From assembly GCA_048213135.1 (NCBI GenBank), contig PS015083.1, positions 1-64,000 on the forward strand: a DNA stretch of 64,000 nucleotides, written 5' to 3'. Origin of the DNA: Reclinomonas americana ATCC 50394 (taxonomy: Eukaryota). Numbering within the stretch: position 1 is the stretch's first letter; each line of letters begins with the position of its first letter. Of the stretch, positions 26,486-40,993 are shown in pieces. The notes below the pieces were generated by a model, which was not told the DNA's origin, searched no databases, and was given only the letters and a program-made list of their open reading frames with translations. Both the position numbers and the translations under genes were made by a program.

Positions 26486-28566
26486 TTACCAGCGCTTCTG
26501 GCTGCGCTTGCGGATGGACACCATCACTGGTCGCTGCGGACCGGCCACTGTTTGTCGCCCCAAGCGAGTGAGCAAAAAAATCTTGAAAAAAAGACAGCAA
26601 GCACGCACGCCAACTCACCCATCGACTCGTAGCTGACTTTGGGGAAGTTGCTGACGAGCTCGACATCGTAGGAGCCGAACAGCACAGCCATGATGGTGCG
26701 GATCTGCAGGTACGCAAATGTCTCGCCGAGGCAGCGGTGCACACCGCGGCCGAACGCGATGAACGGGAACTCGCACTTCTTCTCCTCGTCGCGCGGCGGC
26801 AACCAGCGCTCGGGCTCGTAGTTGTCGGGGTTGACGAAGATATCGGGGGCGCGATGCGAGGCGGACTGCAACGGGAGTCAGCAACAAAAGGGGAGATGGA
26901 TGCTGGGGGGAGGGCAGCGACACACTCACCGGCGACACGACGAGGGTGGAGCCGGCGGGCACGATGCGATCGCCAATCGGAATGTCGACCTTGCAGTAGC
27001 GCATGAGCATGATCAGAGGTGGGTACAGGCGCAGGGCCTCCTTGATGCACAGCTGGAGGTACGTCATGCTGGTGACCGAATCGTAGCTGAGCACACCGTC
27101 GTGCTCGCGCAGAACGCTGCCAATCTCGGTCTCGGCCTGCGCAAAGTCACAAGAAGTGTCAATTTTGAGTATTCTGAAGGGGGGGGATGCATGGCATAGG
27201 CATGCATGCACACGCACCTTGGCGAAGCACTCGGGGTGCGTGGCCAGCAGCGCAACCGCCCACGTGGAGGTGATGGACGAGGTGTGCTGGCCGGCAAACA
27301 GCGTGCCAAGCAGCAGGCCGCAGATCTCGTCGTCGTGCAGGTACTCGTGATCGTGGTCCTTGTACTTGGAGTACATCAGCACGTTCAGCAGATCAATGTG
27401 CTGTCGAGAGGGGGATACAAAGGTGAGACGCGATGAATAGTGTGAGCGGCGCCATGGCCACAACGCAACTCCCTCCTCCTTGTTCTCGCGGCGCTTGCGC
27501 ATGACCTCCTTGAAGACGCGGCAAATCTCGAGGCGAGCGGCATCGCGGGCGCGCGCCGACGGCGACGGGATCCACGGCAGGAAGAAAGTGAGCGGGTTCA
27601 GGCCCTCCTCCAGCGTGTGGTACAGCTCGGCGAACTTGTTCTCCTTCAGGTTGTCGCGCACCTCCTTGCCGAGCAGGCAGCGGCTGGCGGTGAGGATCGT
27701 CAACTCGGCCATGCACTCGAAGAGCTCGAACTCGCCGCCCTCGCCGAACCTGCGAAAAGGGAAAGGGGTGAGGAAGGGGAGGGGGGAAAGGAAAGGGAGG
27801 AGAGGGAGGAAGGGAGGGGGTAATGGGAGAGGAGGGAGTGNNNNNNNNNNNNNNNNNNNNNNNNNNNNNNNNNNNNNNNNNNNNNNNNNNNNNNNNNNNN
27901 NNNNNNNNNNNNNNNNNNNNNNNNNNNNNNNNNNNNNNNNNNNNNNNNNNNNNNNNNNNNNNNNNNNNNNNNNNNNNNNNNNNNNNNNNNNNNNNNNNNN
28001 NNNNNNNNNNNNNNNNNNNNNNNNNNNNNNNNNNNNNNNNNNNNNNNNNNNNNNNNNNNNNNNNNNNNNNNNNNNNNNNNNNNNNNNNNNNNNNNNNNNN
28101 NNNNNNNNNNNNNNNNNNNNNNNNNNNNNNNNNNNNNNNNNNNNNNNNNNNNNNNNNNNNNNNNNNNNNNNNNNNNNNNNNNNNNNNNNNNNNNNNNNNN
28201 NNNNNNNNNNNNNNNNNNNNNNNNNNNNNNNNNNNNNNNNNNNNNNNNNNNNNNNNNNNNNNNNNNNNNNNNNNNNNNNNNNNNNNNNNNNNNNNNNNNN
28301 NNNNNNNNNNNNNNNNNNNNNNNNNNNNNNNNNNNNNNNNNNNNNNNNNNNNNNNNNNNNNNNNNNNNNNNNNNNNNNNNNNNNNNNNNNNNNNNNNNNN
28401 NNNNNNNNNNNNNNNNNNNNNNNNNNNNNNNNNNNNNNNNNNNNNNNNNNNNNNNNNNNNNNNNNNNNNNNNNNNNNNNNNNNNNNNNNNNNNNNNNNNN
28501 NNNNNNNNNNNNNNNNNNNNNNNNNNNNNNNNNNNNNNNNNNNNNNNNNNNNNNNNNNNNNNNNNN

Positions 28567-28607
<41 letters not shown>

Positions 28608-30128
28608 AAAGACAGAGGCAGAGCGCGCAACCGAGAGAGACGGAACAAGAAAGATGAGAGACAGCACCAGGAAGAGAAGAGGAACAGGCAGATGTACTGA
28701 AGAATGTGCAGAATCACGGACAGAGAGGCAGAGAAGAGCACGCGAGGAAGAGACGAGAAAGATGAGAGGGACAGTAGGGAACAGAACAGAGAGATGGAGC
28801 ACACACACACACAGAGAAGCAACAGCATCGCAACTTCTGCGCGTAGTAGTTGGTGGCCTCCTGCTCAAAGATGGTCACAAAGGCCTTGTAGCGCTCGACA
28901 ATCAGGGCTGCGCCGACACAGTGAGTTGCTTGCGGTGCACATAAAGGCGTGCATGACTGACTCACCAGTGTTAACAAACTGCAGCTGCTGGCGCATGACC
29001 TTCGGCTCCGCGTCGTACACAATGCCGCGGCCGAACACCGGGATCACAAAGCGATACACCTGCACGAAGGAATGAGTGAGTGGTGTGCGTGAGAATGTTC
29101 GACTTGCGAAAAAACAATGCGTGAAGAATGAGCACCGAGCAATAGATAGCACGACGAGAAGGCAAAGGAGGAGGGGGTGCATGACACACAGATTCCGCAT
29201 CCGAGTGCGTGGGAGGCGTGCATGTGAGAAGAAGGTTCGACTTGCGAAAAATCGCGAAAAATAAGCATTGCCATGACAACATGCACAGGAACACGCAAGA
29301 GAGCAAGGCACACACGCATACACGACAGAGGGAGAGAGAGGATGCACTCGCGCACAGAATCCACGCAGCAAGAGATGCCGTGCATCTCGGTTTCTGCGCA
29401 CCTCACGCGGGCTCAGCTCGTCGTCCTTGCGGTTGAAGAAGATATCGTGACGAATCGGGTGCGTCAGGAACGTCATGCGCTTGCCGAGAATGCTCGCCGT
29501 AAACACATCGCCGTACTGAAAAGGAATCTTTTCAGCGAAAAAAAGTGCGAGAAGCCGCAAAAAAGGAGGGGAGGAGAGAGGGACGCAACACGGCGACGGC
29601 CCTCCAGCAGGAATGCCACGGGGTTCTTGCCAAACGGAATGAGCGTGCCCAGCACCGGCATCCAGCTGATCCACTCCGGCGGTGCATTCGAGTAAATGCG
29701 CTGCGCGGAAAGATGTGAGAACATTTGAATGATCCGGTGCATCTTCTTCTTCTTCTTCGAAAATAAGAACACAGCACATGCGCGTCGACACGTGCACGCA
29801 CGCACACAAAGAGAGAGAGAATGGTGCGGAGGATCACACACTGCAAAGTGTCATGATGATCTCGCGCGCGGATGATCACGCGCATGAAAGAGAACCCGCT
29901 CTTGCATGTGCAGAGAAGCAGAGATCACAAACCGTGGAGAGCAAGATTCAGTGGCAAGGGTCGAAAAACAACAACAACGCGGAAAAGAGTGCGCGCACGT
30001 TTTTCGAAAATGTCGCACCATGTCACACACACAAAAAAACACCCACTCACCGCCTTGATCAGCGACCACAAGTACCGCACCACCAGGAGGCCCACAATCA
30101 CCGCCGCAATGTCAAACGCCAAACCCAT
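26486..30128 (-). CDS. CYP51: Sterol 14-alpha-demethylase (cytochrome P450 51)
   Basis: N-terminal TM anchor, YRFVIPVFGRGIVYD, FAGQHTS (I-helix), KEALRLYPP, PERW, FGRGVHRCLGETFAY heme motif. Stop TAA at 26486. Confidence 0.95.
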
Positions 30129-30202
30129 TGCTCCCACACAAACAAAAAAATGCAATTGTCCAGATTCCGAGAGCGAGCAACAAAACATCTGTCCCCTTTC
30201 AC

Positions 30203-30958
30203 ATGATGCGCGCGCACAGTGCCGCCTTTGTGGTGGCCGTGGCGCTGAGTGTGATGACAGTGACGGTGATGATGATGGCAGAGTCGGCGCATGCCAAGAC
30301 AAAAGTCGTCTTGGAGGCGCCCGGAGGATGATCTTTGGGTCGGGTGAGTGTGCACTCTCACACACACTTGCACACGCTTGCACGCACAGAGAAGGCATAC
30401 ACAGTGCACAGAGTGGAGAGCCGCACTTGTGAACATCTCTCGTCATGTTCGAGAGCAGTTGGGCACTTTTTTCATACTTACTGATTCTCTTTGTGTTGTA
30501 CGCGTGTTTTTATGCGCAGCGCTTTCCCAGTGTAAAGCAGGTGAGCTTATTCTTCACTCACGCGATGTCCATCTCCGCTGATGCTAACAAACGACGATAA
30601 CAACACAGTTCATCACTTCTCATGCTCGGGAATTGTTGCGCCTCCATCATTGTCTCACTGCGTGAGTGTGGGCGCTTACTGATTCTCTGATGTGTGTGTC
30701 TGTCTCGTTAGCCCCGAGGTGGAGGTGTCGCACCGCAGCAGTGTGTCAGCGCGATTGATGTTGGTGGACGACAGCGATGCGTCGGGTGTGCCGTCGGATT
30801 CCGTGACGCTGCATGCCGACACGTCGATTGCCGACCTGTTGAGCATGGTCGGCGACTTTGTCGAGTCGGCTCGTGAGGCCAATGGGCTCGCCCTCACCGC
30901 CCAGCTGAAGGCGCAGGCCGAGCAGAATCCGTTCCGGCCGTCCACGTGTGGCGGGTAA
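30203..30958 (+). CDS. Sep15/SelM-family selenoprotein (Sec at TGA 30329-30331); exons 30203-30343, 30520-30540, 30609-30634, 30712-30958
   Basis: Signal peptide, then KTKVVLEAPGG-U-SLGRRFPSVKQFITSHAREFPEVEVSHRSSVSARLMLVDDS..., which parallels the Sep15 pattern CGU-KLGRFPQVQAF...PVLKLLDD. Three GT-AG introns keep frame past the TGA, and a SECIS-like hairpin follows downstream. Confidence 0.85.
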
Positions 30959-31012
30959 AGCTGCGAGCTTGTCTGCGAGGTGCTTTCTTGCTGCTCTTGT
31001 CCCTTTGCGTGT

Positions 31013-31092
31013 GAAGTCGTGTGAGGCCTCGTCTCCATCAAACCTCGGTGTCTTGTCGCACTGGAGGGGGAGCGTGAGCTGATTTGGATTTC
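31013..31092 (+). promoter_or_regulatory. Candidate eukaryotic SECIS element (type II, GUGA core)
   Basis: Helix I GAAGTC(31013-18)/GATTTC(31087-92); core GTGA(31021-24)...TGAT(31080-83); imperfect helix II with CTCC/GGAG; unpaired AAA 31040-42; apical mini-stem CCTCGGTG/CACTGGAGG. It starts about 55 nt after the selenoprotein stop. Confidence 0.75.
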
Positions 31093-31200
31093 TTCTTCCA
31101 CTTCTACCGCGGAGGGACTTGGGCGGCGAATGAAACGCACGTCGTTATTCTTCTAATGACATTGTTTTGGATTGTAATGGTGTGGGAGACGAGTGGTCAC

Positions 31201-32253
31201 TTAGGGTTCGGCCGCCGTGTGCTTTTGTGCTTTCCGGATGGTGAACGCGGAGCGGCGGGCGGAGCGATCGACAGTGAAGCAGGTGTTCTTGATGTCGGGG
31301 TCGAACGGGGCGCAGTGAGCCAGCTCCCACACGCCGATTGACTTCCTCGGTCCCTCGGGCGTGTTGTGCACACACTGCTCCAGATCGACATCGTCGCGGT
31401 GCTCGAGAACCACTGGCGACAAAAGAAATACAGTGAGCGGAATCAACACCAACAAAAGACAGTTGTTGTTGTTGTTGTGCACACACCATCTAGGAGATCC
31501 TTGATCATGCGACGATGGTGGCGCTCTGCATTTGCCGTGTTGAGGTGCAGGCCGGGGTTGGAGTTCACCTCGATCAGCATCGGTCGCCAGTCGGCGTCGA
31601 TGAGAATGTCAAAACCGAGCGGCTGGAACGCGTTGTCAATGTGACCTGTGGTTGGAGGGTGGTCAGTGGCACGGTGCACTGCAAGAGGAAAGAGAGAGAG
31701 AGAGGCAAACCGTCGCGAGGCCAGGCGGCGAGTGTGCGCTTGATGAGGTCCTTGATGCGCGGACGCAGGGTCTTGTCGTAGTAGCCGGCGCCCTTCACCT
31801 CACTGGAAAGAGGGGAAGGCGGTAAGAGGCGGAAGAGGGAGGCGAGGGAAGGGAAAAGGAGAAGGAGGAAGAGAATAGAATGGGAAGTAAAGAGAGCACG
31901 ATGACTGAGAGCAGCGAGCTGGGTGAGCACGAGATCAGCAAGACTGGCAAATATGAGCAGAGACAGTGGGCACGTGGGGCATCGTCGATACGCCCAGAAT
32001 CAAGGAAAATGTGCAGTAAGACTGGTGAACACGGAAGTAAAGAGACTGGTAATTATGTGAACACAGACAGTGAGCACGCGGGCAGCACAGAATCGTGAAG
32101 GCATGAATAGAGAGACAGACGAACACGTGGGCATAGACAGTCAGTACAGAATCGTGAAAGTATGAGCAGAGAGACAAGCAAGTGCGATAACAGTGAAACA
32201 GTGATACGTGAAGCGAGAGCGAATGAGGCAGCAGCGAGACTATAAGTATGAGA

Positions 32254-32292
<39 letters not shown>

Positions 32293-33843
32293 CGGCCAAC
32301 GTGAGAGCAGAAAGACAGTGGGTACAAGAGCAGCAAGGAAGGAATGAACACGAAAAGTGTGGCAGGCGAGCGCGAGCTGGTGAGCACACGGGCATCGACA
32401 GGGGTGAGCAGTGAGCACGAGCAGTGGCCAGAAGAGCAGAGAGACGAGTGGGCACAAGATCAGGAAAGCAAGAGAGCCGTGAGATGAACAGGAGAACATA
32501 TCGTGCCTCGTCACGCAACTCCACATACTGGATGAACGTGGCAGAGTCCCACTGGTTCTCAGGCACGCCATCCACGGTGCCAAAGTCGTCGGACTGCAAC
32601 TGCACCTGTGCGTTGGTGATGTGCCGGAAACTATGCATCGAGCACAGTGAGAGACTGTAAGCAGAACAGCGTGCCTGGCATCCCACGCAACTTGTCCTTG
32701 ATGGCGACTCCATCAGTGTCGTACTCGGACGACGAGAAGCGGCAGTAGTAGTCGGTCGAGATGTAGAACACCATGGGATTCAGCGAGGTGACCTGTGCGC
32801 GTGCGGATGGTGAGTCGCGAGTGGCGTTTGCGGAGCGCTGAGCCGACGAACCAGCACCCACTGGCGAATGTCAAACTTGTAGCCGCGGATCAGCAGCGGC
32901 GGGTCAATGTACCGCTGCACCACAAACGTGCTTGGAATCGGCCTCGTGTCCACATGATCCACCGCCTCGGCGGCATTGTCGACGAGGAAAATGCCTGGCG
33001 CAAACCAACATCATCAGCGAGAAGTGAGCACACACACACACGGACTGATGACAGTGACGCACCGACACCGCGACCCAGGTTGGCCTGCTTGACGATCCAC
33101 GCCTCGCGCTTCACAGGCGTCAGACTCGCGTCGGCACCCACCTCCACCGCCTCGGTGGCACGCTGCACGAACGCTCTGCGTTCCTCATCGTCGACACCGG
33201 TGGTGAGAATGTAGGTCTCGGGGGAGAACTCGGCCACAGCCGCTTTGCCGTCTGTGCGTGGAGCGGGATCTCTCATCAGTGCTGGAGTGAGATCGCAAGT
33301 GCCACGCAAGGCGCACGCAACAAGCAGACTCGAGTGTGCGGACCATCTCGGCCTTGTTGTCGAGAGTGTGCGCATTGCAAAAGTGATTGACCAGCTGTCG
33401 ATGAGGCGTGATGGGCACCACACGGGCGTAGGTGTAACTCCACTTTAGGTTGGCGGCTTGTCTGCAGTGGGGTGATGAGCACGGTGGATGATGCGTTTGT
33501 GTGAGGACAAAGAGAGAGAGAGAGAGTAAACAAACTTGGTGAGTTGGCGTGCTGGTTTCCATCCGCGCGCGTCCAGCTCATCGCGCAGCACCTTCATGCC
33601 ACTGGTGCTGTCGATCCAGTACAAGTACTGCCAGCCTGTGTGTATGTGTGCGAATGTCAGAGAGAGTGTGGGGAGAGAAAGGAGGCCAAGAAAGAAAGGA
33701 CCTTTGCGATTGAATGCATACGGCGGCTCTGCTTCTTCGTCCTTCTCGCTCGCCGCCGACGACTTGCTGGCGCAGTCGGCGCATGCAATGAGGGCGAAGA
33801 GGAGGATGGAGAGGGAGAGGAGGGCGAGAGTGTGTCGGCGCAT
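31201..33843 (-). CDS. Tubulin-tyrosine-ligase-family (ATP-grasp) protein with N-terminal signal peptide/anchor
   Basis: VNHF..[86 protein letters not shown]. The N-terminus is MRRHTLALLSLSILLFALIACADC. Confidence 0.9.
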
Positions 33844-34570
33844 GAGTGAGAGGCGGTCGGAAAAATAGAGTTTTGGACATTCGGTGGATCGAACGCAAGA
33901 ATTTGAAAGCCCTTTGGCTGCGTGCAGGCCAGCGCCTTGAAGGGGTGATGAACGCATGGAGATGCATCCCAGACTGCGGAGGAGGAAGTAAAGGATGGAA
34001 TTGCAAGGGGAAAGACTGCGCTCCAGAAACTGGCGCATGCAATAAATACCGATATCTATCGCGATTGCAACCTGCTTCCCGAAGGCGATCACCCAGAGCA
34101 ACAACAGAATCAGGGTCGAATGGAAGGGAATTAAGGGGAATGGGTTCATGGAACGGCTTTCGAAGGCGGAACAGAAGTACGAGTCTGTCGACACGCCGTT
34201 GCCAACGACGAGGCTCAGCAAACATAAATGTCGTTTGCATGCAGACGCAGTGCCGGTGAATTTTTTCAAGGAGGACGTTCTCGCAAGTTCCTTTGTAAGA
34301 CTATTGGGCGTGAGGATTACGACGGCCACGAAGCTGGCTCGATCGGTCTGTTATCAATTCTGTGCCGTATCCAAGTGGCGACACCTGCGTCGAGTGCGCG
34401 CGCTGTCATATTTGGTGGACAACATGGTGGCAACGCCGGCGCGTTACAAGCCGTCGCAGCTGCTTGCGGCAGTCGAGGGCGCTGAACAAGCTAGGAATCG
34501 AGAGGCGTGCGTTGGTTAAGGTCACGCACAAAGGTATCGAAAAAAATGTAGTCTATCTAAATGTTGTGGT

Positions 34571-36323
34571 TCATTTTGGTTGCTGACTCGCCAGTCGCAC
34601 CAGTTCTCGCATTGCCTGCGATCACCCAACTCAGCCATCCAACCTGCTCACCCTTGCCCACACACCATGCACTCACCGCCTCTTCCGCACTCTCCAACGC
34701 ATCAGCTCTACCCTCGGCCACCACCTGCTCGGCCGGTGGTCCAGCCGTGACGCGCACCACCACCGAACCGCGTTTCACCACTCCATTCTCCTGCTCCACG
34801 GCACACGCGACTGCCAGTGGCGGCTTCAACTGCGTCGCCGCCTCCAGCAGCTGCACCACTTCAAAATGCACCGGTGCCAGGCGACGCGACGGCAACGGCT
34901 GCACAGGCATCCGTGGCAACGGGACCGACAGAATGCGATGCAGAACAAATCTGTGCGCCGCCTCCAGACCCTGTTCGCACGCTCAGACAACCTATTCTTT
35001 CACTCTTTCCCTCACCTCCGCAGCAGCAGCAGCGCACACCTGATCCATGTAAATCGCACCAACAACTGCCTCCATGACGCCCGACAACACCGCGTTCTCC
35101 TCCTTTTCTCTCAACCCACGTGGTCTCTCACCGGCAGTCTTGGTCTGCGCACATTACACACACACACACCGACAACTCGTCAGTGACGCACACGACACAC
35201 ACACACACACTGGAGAAAGAGGGAGGCAGAGACGAGAGAAAGAGCAGAGACAGCAAGAAAGGGACAGAGGGACAGCGAGAATGGGAAGAGAGACAGAGAC
35301 GAGAGTGGGAGACAGCGAGGCAGGAGAAGAGGCAGAACGACAGAGACGAGAGACAGAGAGACAGCGACAACGGCAGAGACAGCGAGAGACAGCGAGAAAT
35401 GGCAGAGAGACAGCGAGAAATGGCAGAGAGACAGCGAGAAAGAGCACAGAGACAGCGAGAAGTGGCAGAGAGTCAGCGAAAAGGCGAGGTGGGCGCAGAC
35501 CACGAGAAGAAGCAGAGAGGTAGCGACAAGGGCAGAGACATCGAGAAGTGGCAGAGAGACAGCGAGAAATGGCAGAGAGACAGCGAGGAGGGATGGAAGA
35601 GGAAGCGACAATGGCAGGGACTTTGAGAATGGGCAGAGAGGAACAGAAAGACAGCGAGAAGGGCCAGAGAGTCAGCGAGGTGGGGAAGAGCGACAGCAAG
35701 AAGGGACAGAGAGTCAGCGAGAAGGGGCAGAATGTGTCGCTCTCTTTTCCCTCTCTCTCTCTCTGTTCCTTCTTCTGCCCCCTCTCGCCATCTCCCACAG
35801 ACACGCGACTTGCCTGAATCGGGCACCACCGCACATGCGGAAGCACTTGCAGCGCGCGACCGACATGCGTCAGTGCGTGATTCGACGTGAGCTGTTCGCA
35901 CACATTCTGCACCTCCTCCGCCCGCAAATGCACAAAGTGACTCGTCACAATGTTCGTCGTCACAAACGAGAGCACTCGGTCGCCTGTGTCTTGCGTGAGA
36001 AGACAGACAGAGACAGAGAGAGAGAGGCAAAGAGTGTTTGCACCGAGATGCTCCAACTGTGCATTGTTCTTGCAGCGACCACTGGCAAAGGTCGGGTGCG
36101 TCACTGCCACGGCCAGCAGTGACTCATCGCGGAAGGAGCCGGGTGACACGCCCAGTGTCTTGCAGAGAGACACATGCGCCTCTGTGTGGGTGTGTGTGAG
36201 TGAGAGTGACAGAGCGAGTGTGTGTCAGTCCTCCTCACCGCGTGTGAGTGGCTTGAGAAAGCTACTCGGTGCCACACCCCACGTGCTCAACCTGCAACGC
36301 GCTGCTCTCAACAGCGACAGCAT
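34571..36323 (-). CDS. RNase III-domain protein with degenerate dsRBD-like C-terminus, probably mitochondrial (mL44-like)
   Basis: LLAVAVTHPTF, NAQLEHLGDRVL, LTSNHAL, MEAVVGAIYMDQGLEAAHRFV. The Arg/Leu/Ser-rich N-terminus MLSLLRAARCRLST resembles a mitochondrial presequence. Confidence 0.75.
35330..35730. repeat. Degenerate ~21-bp intronic minisatellite (GACAGCGAGAAATGGCAGAGA-like)
   Basis: GACAGCGAGAAATGGCAGAGA and variants recur many times inside the intron of the RNase III gene. Confidence 0.7.
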
Positions 36324-36441
36324 GATGTGGGTGGGTGTGCTGCCTGCCAATTCGTTTTCATTTTTACTTGCTGTTCAGATAGTGGTGAGGAAAAAAAGTA
36401 TCAAGTGGTGGTGCTGCTGTCGTTGTCTGCGCCCCCGCTGC

Positions 36442-40901
<4,460 letters not shown>

Positions 40902-40993
40902 CGTCGTTCTGTTATAACGCTTTCGATGGCCGGTCGACTGGAACGGACGGTGAATCCCACTTTTTTTTTTCACTTTCTTTTCGGAGGCGGCAA

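Noticed and set aside
35330-35730. Repeat array as CRISPR
   Set aside because: Degenerate head-to-tail minisatellite with no unique spacers, in a eukaryotic intron, with no cas genes.
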